DNA of 33,574 nucleotides from a virus (taxonomy: Duplodnaviria > Caudoviricetes), in the IMG/VR virus record IMGVR_UViG_3300034411_000032, positions 1 to 33,574 of that record. One strand, 5' to 3'. The notes under the pieces were generated by a model, which had not been told where the DNA came from, did no database searches, and worked only from the letters and a program-made list of their open reading frames with translations. Below are positions 17,703-25,689 of the stretch, one piece after another. Numbering within the stretch: position 1 is the stretch's first letter; each line of letters starts with the position of its first letter. The position numbers were made by a program, and so were the translations under genes.

Positions 17703-18563
17703 TTATTCGCTACACGCGATTTCGACAACTTTGGATTCTTCCATTCGTGTCGCACCGACAGACTGACAATAGTAAACCTGAGTCGCGTAGGATTTATCTG
17801 CGCGCTCATCAATGCGTGCTGCTGGCTCTTTGCCAATAGCGCACTTGATGCCGTCAGATGCAAACGCAATCACTTGGCGGTCAGAGTTACTATCTGTACC
17901 CAAGCGGTTTGAAACGATGAAGTTGAAGCCAACAAACGTGTTGATCTCACCCATCGCCAAGGCTTTGACAGTGTTGTAATCGCTGGAAGTTACAGTTGTG
18001 TTGTTCAACAGATCAGAAACCTGCTTTGGAGAAACAAGAATGTTACGCGCGATAGAAGGATCTACGTTGCCACTATCAAGGATCTCTTTAGCTTCAACCA
18101 ACTTAGCAATAGTCAAACCGGCAGATCCATGTGCGATCTTTTGGCCTGCTGGCAATGCTGTGGTTGTTGAACCGTCTTTGCCTGTTGAGGCGTTGCCGAG
18201 AGCAGCAGAGATGATAACATCATCCATTGCGCGGCCCATAGCTGCGGCAGCAGCACGGCTATATGTTGAAGTCGGATCAACGAGCAAACGCACTTTGTCC
18301 TGATCGTCAATCAGATCGGCATACTCATAGTCAGACATAGTAACCATACGGCGTGAATGTGGTGTGTCCACAATCGGTGTATCCGCATGACGCGAAGTGC
18401 GCAGGACAGCGGCTGCTGATCCCACTTGGTCAAAAAAAGCTTTTTCGCCATTTACGCTTTCCACATCTACCGCATTACGCAGCAGAGAACCCATCTGCTG
18501 TGACAGCATCTGGATGTTTGCGGAAAACTGATTGACAAAAGCTGTAGTGATTTGAGTAGACAT
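17703..18563 (-). CDS. Major capsid protein
   Basis: QQMGSLLR, AAAMGRAMDDVII and GATRMEE motifs typical of Bpp-1-like podovirus capsids; TAAGGAG SD; follows the scaffold gene. Confidence 0.92.
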   Translation of the reverse strand: MSTQITTAFVNQFSANIQMLSQQMGSLLRNAVDVESVNGEKAFFDQVGSAAAVLRTSRHADTPIVDTPHSRRMVTMSDYEYADLIDDQDKVRLLVDPTSTYSRAAAAAMGRAMDDVIISAALGNASTGKDGSTTTALPAGQKIAHGSAGLTIAKLVEAKEILDSGNVDPSIARNILVSPKQVSDLLNNTTVTSSDYNTVKALAMGEINTFVGFNFIVSNRLGTDSNSDRQVIAFASDGIKCAIGKEPAARIDERADKSYATQVYYCQSVGATRMEESKVVEIACSE

Positions 18564-18599
18564 AACGTCATCTCCTTAGCTTCGTTACAGTTTAAGTTG

Positions 18600-18704
18600 C
18601 TGCGCTTGGTTGTCCCCGAGGGGGCCGTGCTACTGCTTAGGGCAGCTAATCCGCTTGACGCACAAGCTTGATGTCGTGGGCCTAAAGGTTATCCACTATG
18701 ACAT
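18600..18704 (-). promoter_or_regulatory. Structured mRNA leader between scaffold and MCP genes
   Basis: Four hairpins in the intergenic region; two contain the same GG-AYAA-CC / GG-C-CC asymmetric internal loop. Confidence 0.55.
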
Positions 18705-19508
18705 GAGCGCGAATAGTCGCTGCGCTTCCGCAACATACGCATCATGTTCTGGATGACCAGCATCCAAATACGGCCCGTCTTGCCGCATAACCTCTTTCAG
18801 TTGACGCTGCGCCTCTTCTGGCGTCATTATCAACTCAGTCGGTTCACCGACTAGGTTATCCTCTCCAATCTGATCTGCCAAGGCAGAAAACATTTTTATA
18901 ACTTCTGGATGATCTCCAAGCATGCGCCCGTCTGAAAGCTGCACATCCTCAAACATGTTCATGCCTTCTTCGCCCAGCAATGTCCTAGCGGCGCTCTGCG
19001 CCATTCCTATGCGCTGTTCATACGCCTGTCCGAACTCCTGCCGCAGAACCTGCTCTGACTCATATACGGCGCTCTCAGAACGGCTCTGAGCATCTGCCTT
19101 GGATGTCTCGCCTGTTTCATTGATAAACTTGGCAATGCGATCTACCTGCCGAGGCTGTAGCCCCGCTTCCCACATAGCCTGTTTAAGGCCAGAGATAGCA
19201 GCCTCGTTCATGCCATCGCCCAAATTCATTTCATAAGCATCAGCACTATCTGGCCGGCCAACAGAATTGTAAAACTCGTTGTACTGGTCATCTGTCCAGC
19301 TCTTGCCAGGTTTGGCAACCTTATCGGCGCCGATCATCCGCTGGGCGTTTACATAACTTTTTGCCAAGCTGGCTGGGTCTGTAAACGTGCGCAGTGAAGG
19401 CTCACCCCGCAAATCTTCTGGTAAGCTGTCCAAAAATCCTACAGGCGCAGCTTCTGCACCCCCTGCGACTTCTTGAGATCCAGTATCTTGGATTGCCTCT
19501 TCGCTCAT
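18696..19508 (-). CDS. Capsid scaffolding protein
   Basis: Acidic and helical; LAKSYVNAQRMIG, GRPDSADAY, GDHPEVIK and HPEH motifs; upstream of the MCP. Confidence 0.85.
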   Translation of the reverse strand: MSEEAIQDTGSQEVAGGAEAAPVGFLDSLPEDLRGEPSLRTFTDPASLAKSYVNAQRMIGADKVAKPGKSWTDDQYNEFYNSVGRPDSADAYEMNLGDGMNEAAISGLKQAMWEAGLQPRQVDRIAKFINETGETSKADAQSRSESAVYESEQVLRQEFGQAYEQRIGMAQSAARTLLGEEGMNMFEDVQLSDGRMLGDHPEVIKMFSALADQIGEDNLVGEPTELIMTPEEAQRQLKEVMRQDGPYLDAGHPEHDAYVAEAQRLFALMS

Positions 19509-19714
19509 TGTTTTTCCTTCTCTTCGGTCAGCATACGGACAATCAGCAGCACCGCTGCGCGCTGACCTTCATTAAATGCAGTTTCATAAGGATTGTCCGA
19601 AAACGTAGTTGTCTCATACCCAAACCGAGTTTTGAGATCTTTAATTACCCTAACGCCATCTTCATTGTTAAAAGTGCGCCGGTAAGCTAACTTCAGATCC
19701 TCTATTTGTTTCAT
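19505..19714 (-). CDS. Bbp19-like small protein
   Basis: YRRTF...G..VIKDL and TAFNEGQR motifs; located between portal and scaffold with ATGA overlaps. Confidence 0.8.
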   Translation of the reverse strand: MKQIEDLKLAYRRTFNNEDGVRVIKDLKTRFGYETTTFSDNPYETAFNEGQRAAVLLIVRMLTEEKEKQ

Positions 19715-21312
19715 TGCCCACCGCCCTGGGTTGCCTTAACCAAAGGTGCGACATTGCCAGCAGCCTCAGACGCCATCATTTCACGCTGCATCTGCTCTTG
19801 AACCTGGGCCTGCTCGGCCTGCTCCTTGCGAACCTGCTCAACCTCATCAGAACCCCTGATAACCCGAGCCGGCAAGCCTGCTGTCTCAACCAAATACTGA
19901 ACCATCTTGTCGCCGTCCAAGTAATCCGTAACAGGCGCAACCTCACTAACTTGCAGTAAGATCTCAAACCCGCGCAGCATAGCTTGCAGGTCTGTAAGCT
20001 TCTGAGCTTTGGCAAGTGGAGAAACGTACTCAATATCAATGCTTTGGCCCTGTAACTCTTCAGGCGGCTCTGGAAGTAAGCCAGCTCGAAGAAGTAATGC
20101 AAAGGAACGGTCGATCAGCGGCTGGAGAAGCTCGGCCTGCAACCGTCCTAAAACAGGGCCGAGCAAACGCATTTTCTCCTCGTTCCTCTGCAATACCTCA
20201 GTCGCTGTCATGTTGGCGCCTTGGCCTAACAACAACTGATCCACATAAAACGCTTGCCGAATTGCATTTCGGCGCTGCTCTTCCATGTTCAAGCCTAAAG
20301 GATTGTTTGCCCCAATGTTCAAAGGCTCCAAGCGATCCCGCGTACCCGAGCGGTAAAAGTTTAACGCGCCGGGTGTAGTGCGAACAGGCATCATAAACCC
20401 GTCATCTGGAACCATCAAAGGAGGATCAATCTGCTTTTGAGCCGCCTTGATTGTCGTTTCAGACATCTTGTTCAGCATCTTAACATCAGGCAACGCAGTC
20501 ATAGCAGGCGATCTGCCGTAAGTGCTAACGCTATCCTTCACAAAGCGTGGACACATAAACGGAAACTCATCAAAGCCGCCCTCAGAAAGCAGCTCACGAT
20601 TGTCGGCCAAATAATAAACAGACGCGACAGGCTTGTTCTTAGCTAACTTGCCAGACGCCTCTGCGCGCGGAAAGACAGCGTGGACAACCTCATGCTCCTT
20701 GTAAGGATCATCTTTTAAATCTTTTTCCACCTGACGCGGCATCGTAACGCCAGGGAACTGCATGGCAATTGCCCGAGCCGTCAGCTTGAACTTACGATAA
20801 ACAGTGTCAACCCTACCGCTGGGATCTTCGCTTATGCAAACCTCGGCAATGTGGCGACACGCAAAACGCAAGCCATCGCCCTCAGACTCAACGTAAAAAG
20901 ACCCCGTGCCAAAAACAACCAAATCATAATACAGCTCATGGATCTCTTGCTGAAAGTTAGACCGATTGAAATGCTGGTACATCTGATCCATGCAAATCTC
21001 TAACCACTCATTCGCAGCATCGTCGCGCTGCAAGGCGGTGTCGCGGTAACGCATTGAAAACCAAGGCGTACTTGGCGAAGTCAGCATGCCGTGCAAAGAA
21101 GACGCCAGTAGCTCAACAGCATGAATAGCCGTGCCGTCAAAAATCCGTTCAGTTCGCTTGTCGCCCTGAGTACGCTTCTTGGTAATGTCAGCCTTTCGGG
21201 GCAGCATAAAGTCAGCAAGCTCTTGCCAATGAGACTCCCAATTGGAACGCTGGCTCTGTAACGTCTTGTATCGCTTATCTAAACGAGCAACTAAGGGTTT
21301 TACTTCTGCCAT
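19711..21312 (-). CDS. Portal (head-tail connector) protein
   Basis: WQELADFMLP, DLVVFGTG, YGRSPAMTAL, MTATEVLQR and YVSPLAKAQ motifs; 533 aa. Confidence 0.95.
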   Translation of the reverse strand: MAEVKPLVARLDKRYKTLQSQRSNWESHWQELADFMLPRKADITKKRTQGDKRTERIFDGTAIHAVELLASSLHGMLTSPSTPWFSMRYRDTALQRDDAANEWLEICMDQMYQHFNRSNFQQEIHELYYDLVVFGTGSFYVESEGDGLRFACRHIAEVCISEDPSGRVDTVYRKFKLTARAIAMQFPGVTMPRQVEKDLKDDPYKEHEVVHAVFPRAEASGKLAKNKPVASVYYLADNRELLSEGGFDEFPFMCPRFVKDSVSTYGRSPAMTALPDVKMLNKMSETTIKAAQKQIDPPLMVPDDGFMMPVRTTPGALNFYRSGTRDRLEPLNIGANNPLGLNMEEQRRNAIRQAFYVDQLLLGQGANMTATEVLQRNEEKMRLLGPVLGRLQAELLQPLIDRSFALLLRAGLLPEPPEELQGQSIDIEYVSPLAKAQKLTDLQAMLRGFEILLQVSEVAPVTDYLDGDKMVQYLVETAGLPARVIRGSDEVEQVRKEQAEQAQVQEQMQREMMASEAAGNVAPLVKATQGGGQ

Positions 21313-21539
21313 TATTTTATCCCATAACTTGTCATCAATGTACGCTTAGGGCGCGATTTGGAATCTTTAACACCCTCAACCGCACCGCCCTGCGTCCGAC
21401 CAGCCATCTTTTGCTGCGCACGCTCCAAAGGATCAACAGTAGATTGCCCCAGCAACGCAGCAGGCTGGGCAGCATTGCCGCCCATAATCCCTGCAATATT
21501 GCCCAGCTTCTTTTTCTTAATAAGCATAATGCTATCCAA
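21312..21539 (-). CDS. Small basic virion protein (T7 gp7.3-like position)
   Basis: 75 aa (start may be slightly downstream), C-terminal KRTLMT, TAATG overlap with the portal gene. Confidence 0.65.
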   Translation of the reverse strand: MDSIMLIKKKKLGNIAGIMGGNAAQPAALLGQSTVDPLERAQQKMAGRTQGGAVEGVKDSKSRPKRTLMTSYGIK

Positions 21540-22128
21540 TCAATGACCGGCGGCGCCGCGTCTTGCCTTCTTCCTCGTCAGTCCCAAGTAAACCGCCAGG
21601 TGTCGTAAGAATAGTTGACTTTTTACCCTTCTTCATAAATTCTAAAGCCTCGTCTTCAGCCTCGCCAACAGATGTGGCGCTGGCAGCATCAAACTGAGCC
21701 TCACCGCCGGCAGCAGTGCCAACAGATGCGCCACTGCCAGCATCGCCAACAAAATCACGGTCTTCGCCAAAAGTGTCTTGGCTAACCGTTTCAACTTCCG
21801 TCAAAGCAGTGTCAGTGTCAGTGTCAAGGGTAGTGGTTGTATCTGCGGCGGTGTCAGTTGTGGTTGCAGTGTCAGTTGCAGTAACTGTTGCCGCAGGAGA
21901 CGAGTCATTATTGTCGTTCTTCATCATCTCTGCGGTGGCAGCAGTTGCTCTGGCCTGCCTGTCAGCCAAGTCGCGGCCATACTGAACATTCTTTTCTTTA
22001 ATGCCTAAGTCCATCAGCAAATCATCAGTAGCACTGTTTTTAGGGAGATCCGATACGCTCCCGCCAAAACCTTTGCTCTTGTCGCTTTTTGGCGCTGGAC
22101 TTGAAAAACTACTACAAACAGAACCCAT
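21532..22128 (-). CDS. Low-complexity T/D-rich virion protein (T7 gp6.7-like position)
   Basis: MGSVCS N-terminus, Thr/Asp tract, C-terminal GKKSTILTTPGGLLG...RRRRSLIG typical of pre-portal small virion proteins. Confidence 0.7.
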   Translation of the reverse strand: MGSVCSSFSSPAPKSDKSKGFGGSVSDLPKNSATDDLLMDLGIKEKNVQYGRDLADRQARATAATAEMMKNDNNDSSPAATVTATDTATTTDTAADTTTTLDTDTDTALTEVETVSQDTFGEDRDFVGDAGSGASVGTAAGGEAQFDAASATSVGEAEDEALEFMKKGKKSTILTTPGGLLGTDEEEGKTRRRRSLIG

Positions 22129-22130
22129 AA

Positions 22131-22595
22131 CTAAACATCCTTATATGTCAAAGTTCCCGCAGAAACATAACCCAGGCGACCAAGCAAAGCAGCGCCCCTT
22201 TCAGTATTAACGCCAGAAGTCGCACCTGTCAAAATCTGAGTGGCGCCAACGTCACGCGCCCAATCTTCAAAGATCCTCATCAGCCTAACACCAATCATGC
22301 CACCTCTGTATTCAGGCTTAACATACCATATATAATCGCCAGCGACTAGAGTGTCGCTATAAGGATGCTGAAACGTCATCCCAATAATGCAGCCGGCAAG
22401 GTCACGGCCCGACCAACAACCCAAAACTAAACTGTCATCGCTGCAAATACGATCATCAACCCAATCGCACATCTTATCCCAATTGAAATCAATAACGCGC
22501 TGATAAGACTGAGAATGAAACTGCTGCGCCAAATCAGTCACAGCAGCCGCGTCTAAAGAAGACGCCTCCCTATACTTACGCCGCAAATGGATCAT
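22131..22595 (-). CDS. GNAT-family acyltransferase
   Basis: Motif A WYVKPEYRGGMIGVRLM and C-terminal LLGRLGY; overlaps the 3' end of terL. Confidence 0.85.
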   Translation of the reverse strand: MIHLRRKYREASSLDAAAVTDLAQQFHSQSYQRVIDFNWDKMCDWVDDRICSDDSLVLGCWSGRDLAGCIIGMTFQHPYSDTLVAGDYIWYVKPEYRGGMIGVRLMRIFEDWARDVGATQILTGATSGVNTERGAALLGRLGYVSAGTLTYKDV

Positions 22596-23853
22596 ATTCC
22601 ATTACCGCCATTTTCTGAGAAACCGCCATGCGATCCCGGCTTTCTCGCAAACCAACAGCCAAATACCTAAAAGCATCCGCTGCATGAGATGACCAATCAT
22701 GGACAGGCGAAGACCTAAAACTCCTAGTGCGCTCGTTATACGCCCTATGATACTGACGCAAACACTCCAAACCATGACCACACTTCTCCCTGTCAAACCA
22801 TAAACGCGGGATCAACATCTGACCCGCATGAATACCATCCTCAATCGGCAACTTAGGAACAACACGAAAATTCAAACCCAAGTCCCAAGCAACCTCACGC
22901 CTACTCTTACCAGATCCCAACTCCCGAACCTCAATGTCATGAGGAGCATTGTGATCCCCATACAAATAATTCTTAGACGTTAAAATCTTGCAGTAATGCG
23001 GCAACCCCTCGCCCCGAGCCTCATAAAAATCTATCACATGAATAGCACGGCCAACAGACTGCGTGAACCAAATCGCCGTGCTGTCGCCAACGCCCAAGTC
23101 CCACCATGTATCAACCTTAACAGAAGGATCATAAGGGACATTGGAAATCCGCCCATCCAACTGAGCAACCTCCATCTCCTTGCCATAAACAGCACCAGGA
23201 ACATTCGCATTCCAAGAACACTCAAATTCCTGCTGATACTGGTCATGCGTCATCATAGACTTGGCAGCGTCCAATTCCTCGTCATCCAACAAGCCCGTTT
23301 CACTCGCCTTGTAAACAGCAGCCAACCAATCAGGATTAGAAGCAGCCTCCTCATACTTATCAAAAAAAGCATTGTGGCCCTTCGGCGTCCCAACAAACAC
23401 ACACCAACCCTTGCGATCAGATAACGCAGGCCGCAACACTTCAGGAAAAACATTCTCAGGCATGTCGGCAACCTCATCCATTACACACCCGTCAAGATAA
23501 ATCCCACGCAAGCTGTCTGGATTCTCAGCACCTAACAAACTGATCCTCGCCCCGTTAGGCAAATCACAACGCAATTCAGTCTCATGAAACCGAACATTCG
23601 GGATCTTACCGGCAAACTGTTTTATATAATCCCAGGCAACATTCTTCGCCTGGCGATAGGTGGGCGCCATATAGGCATACCGGGGGTTCTCTTTCCCAGA
23701 CATCAAGGCATCACGCAAAACATGGTTGATCGCCCAAACCGTCTTGCCAAACCGCCGGTGACAAACAACAACGCCCCAACGCTTCAATGACATTTCATTG
23801 TGCAGCTTTAACTGCAACTCCCTCGGCTCATAAGGAATCTCAATGTGCGTCAA
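22576..23853 (-). CDS. terL: Terminase large subunit
   Basis: Walker A HRRFGKT, Walker B CVMDE, GTPKG, nuclease WDLG and HAADAFRY; TTG start. Confidence 0.95.
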   Translation of the reverse strand: MTHIEIPYEPRELQLKLHNEMSLKRWGVVVCHRRFGKTVWAINHVLRDALMSGKENPRYAYMAPTYRQAKNVAWDYIKQFAGKIPNVRFHETELRCDLPNGARISLLGAENPDSLRGIYLDGCVMDEVADMPENVFPEVLRPALSDRKGWCVFVGTPKGHNAFFDKYEEAASNPDWLAAVYKASETGLLDDEELDAAKSMMTHDQYQQEFECSWNANVPGAVYGKEMEVAQLDGRISNVPYDPSVKVDTWWDLGVGDSTAIWFTQSVGRAIHVIDFYEARGEGLPHYCKILTSKNYLYGDHNAPHDIEVRELGSGKSRREVAWDLGLNFRVVPKLPIEDGIHAGQMLIPRLWFDREKCGHGLECLRQYHRAYNERTRSFRSSPVHDWSSHAADAFRYLAVGLRESRDRMAVSQKMAVMEYDPFAA

Positions 23854-24044
23854 TGTTCAGTCACCCTCTTCTGATCTTTGAATATCAATATGCCGTTACT
23901 CTCAAGGATAGCTTCGTACAAATCAATAAGCAATATTGCCGACTCAATCTGCTCGGATGCGCTGCGGCTGGTGACAACGCTGTCCCTCAAGGCCTCTAGG
24001 TGGCCGAGCATGGCTTGCTGCGAAGGCGACAGGGCGTAAGTCAA
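23850..24044 (-). CDS. Small hypothetical protein upstream of terL
   Basis: Stop overlaps the terL TTG. Start taken as TTG 24044 (GGAG upstream) or ATG 24011; the longer track start runs through the G-tract. Confidence 0.5.
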   Translation of the reverse strand: MTYALSPSQQAMLGHLEALRDSVVTSRSASEQIESAILLIDLYEAILESNGILIFKDQKRVTEH

Positions 24045-24059
24045 AGTGTCTCTAGCTCC

Positions 24060-24345
24060 GGTGTAATATAGAGGTATAAGGGCGCGCGGTTTTGCGGGGG
24101 GTGGGGGGGTCGGTTTGCGCAAAACGCATGGCTTAACCGTAGCGTCATAATAACTATTATGTTAAATAGATCGCAAGGCATTGTTGTCGCTGTATATTTT
24201 TTGCGCGACTGCCATGCATCAAACGCAAACCACAACATGTTGTGCCTGCCCTGCCTCGCCGGCTTGGCGCCGAGGTGTCTCAGCATGCAGGCCTCACGCG
24301 CGTAGCTGTCAACGACAGGATGTGTTGTATACACATGATCCGACA
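24060..24345. other. Probable non-coding packaging (pac)/terminus region between terS and terL
   Basis: G6-T-G7 tract at 24096-24109, palindromes at 24114-24123, 24146-24161 and 24231-24244, and a compositional skew that flips across the region. Confidence 0.5.
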
Positions 24346-24810
24346 TCAGTGCTTCGTTACCCTCTCTTCCTTTTGGTCAGGCACAACCTCGGTTGTATTG
24401 ACCTCGACATCACCGCCAGCCCAACTGATTGTGAACGTCTGGGCCTGTGGCTGGTCTTCCTTCTTGTCCCTCACACCCCACGGCATGTTGCGTGCTAGCG
24501 TCCACTTCAACGTGTCGATCTCCAACCTACGCCGTTGCACCTCTGCATTGGCAAGCCTGTTGTCCTCAAACGTAGGCAATGGCGACACTGCTAGGTTGTT
24601 GATGTGGTCAGTGAAATACTCTGACTGCATGACCCTACCTCTGCGGTAGATCTCATACAGGTCATCGTCACGCAGCACAGCTTGCATGACGCCTTGATAT
24701 GTTGGCATGCTTGCTGACTTGAGGATGTTCTTGAGTGTTTCGCCTACTGCCAAGCGGTCAGCGATCTTATGCATTAGATCGGCGTCAATTTTGACTGGTT
24801 TCTTTGCCAT
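24346..24810 (-). CDS. terS: Terminase small subunit (Sf6-like)
   Basis: IADRLAVGETLKNIL...MPT HTH-like start and RLEIDTLKWTLARNMP motif; start moved to ATG 24810 (GAGG SD). Confidence 0.85.
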   Translation of the reverse strand: MAKKPVKIDADLMHKIADRLAVGETLKNILKSASMPTYQGVMQAVLRDDDLYEIYRRGRVMQSEYFTDHINNLAVSPLPTFEDNRLANAEVQRRRLEIDTLKWTLARNMPWGVRDKKEDQPQAQTFTISWAGGDVEVNTTEVVPDQKEERVTKH

Positions 24811-24832
24811 GTGTGCCTCATCTGTTTTTAGG

Positions 24833-24860
24833 ATCATAGCACAAAAAAGGCCCAGCGCAA
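24833..24860 (-). promoter_or_regulatory. Candidate sigma70 promoter for the terS/late operon
   Basis: TTGCGC (24860-24855), 16 bp spacer, TG-C-TATGAT (24838-24833); overlaps the terminator. Confidence 0.5.
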
Positions 24861-24872
24861 TAATGCTGGGCC
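24843..24872 (-). terminator. Intrinsic terminator ending the replication operon
   Basis: GGCCCAGC-ATTATTGC-GCTGGGCC-TTTTTT on the minus strand. Confidence 0.85.
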
Positions 24873-24921
24873 AGTTGTTGAGTGTTGAGCTGTGGAAACA
24901 GGTGGAAGCAGCTCAACGGGC
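24843..24921 (-). ncRNA. Candidate ~80-nt small RNA B
   Basis: Promoter-like TTGATG-17-TAAAAA (24956-24928), 9-bp hairpin GTTGAGCTG/CAGCTCAAC with a C/U-rich loop, then the terminator. Confidence 0.4.
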
Positions 24922-24933
24922 AATTACTTTTTA

Positions 24934-25533
24934 TCAGAAAGGGATGTCATCATCAAACACTTTTGGCTTTACTCTGATGTCGATCACCTCTGCTGCTGGG
25001 AATGATTCTTTGACTGCCTTCTCAAACTCACCTGCCTTGTGGTCTCTGAAGTGTCTGTATGCGAGTGCTACCTCTCTGAGTGTCAGCAGCTCTAGGTCTG
25101 GCCGCTGTTCTTTGATCTTCTGCCACGACCTTCCGTCTTTCATGATGCCAAACGTCTCACCATCCAGTTCCATCTCCCAGATGTCTGTTGAGGCTCTGTG
25201 TGCGCCTAGTCTCTCTGCCTCTGCGTCCATTGCGTTGAGGCCTCTTACGACCACCTCTGCTCTGGCCTTACATTCTTCTGGATTGTTTTCTTCGATAGCC
25301 TTGTTCATCTTTGCCATTGCCGATCCGTACTTCTGTGCTGTTTCGACGCTTACCAATTCTGGCAGCATGTCGATGCCCCATTTTGTGTCCATCTGTATTG
25401 CCAGCCGATCCATTGGAGCTATTGCGTAGTCACACATGATTTGATCCTTATGCGCTTGCGGGTTGAATATTCTGTCTGCCTTCTTTTGGCGCCTTGGCCT
25501 TCTGGGCTTCTGCGTTGTCATCATCATCTCCAC
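24934..25533 (-). CDS. Hypothetical protein downstream of the primase/origin
   Basis: ~195 aa helical ORF ending in FDDDIPF, an SSB-like acidic tail. The true start is probably one of the ATGs at 25527-25521 after GGAG. Confidence 0.8.
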   Translation of the reverse strand: MEMMMTTQKPRRPRRQKKADRIFNPQAHKDQIMCDYAIAPMDRLAIQMDTKWGIDMLPELVSVETAQKYGSAMAKMNKAIEENNPEECKARAEVVVRGLNAMDAEAERLGAHRASTDIWEMELDGETFGIMKDGRSWQKIKEQRPDLELLTLREVALAYRHFRDHKAGEFEKAVKESFPAAEVIDIRVKPKVFDDDIPF

Positions 25534-25682
25534 AGTTAAATCACCACAGTTTCATATAATCCACATTCCACCACAGTAGTATGCATATACATACAACTAC
25601 TGTGGTGGAACTATTTGTGGCCTTTTCTTCCACAGTTCCACAGTTCATCCACAGTTCAGAAAAGCAACTGTGGAACTGTTGG
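25530..25682. repeat. Candidate replication origin: CCACAGT iterons and a 15-bp inverted repeat
   Basis: CCACAGT on + at 25530, 25544, 25571, 25630, 25638 and 25649, inverted at 25599 and 25667. Perfect IR TTCCACCACAGTAGT (25566-25580) / 25596-25610 around an AT-rich spacer. Confidence 0.75.
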
Positions 25683-25689
25683 GAAAGCA

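Noticed and set aside
24041-24346. 101-aa ORF between terS and terL
   Set aside because: It runs through palindromes and the G-tract and has unprotein-like composition. The region is better explained as cis-acting DNA.
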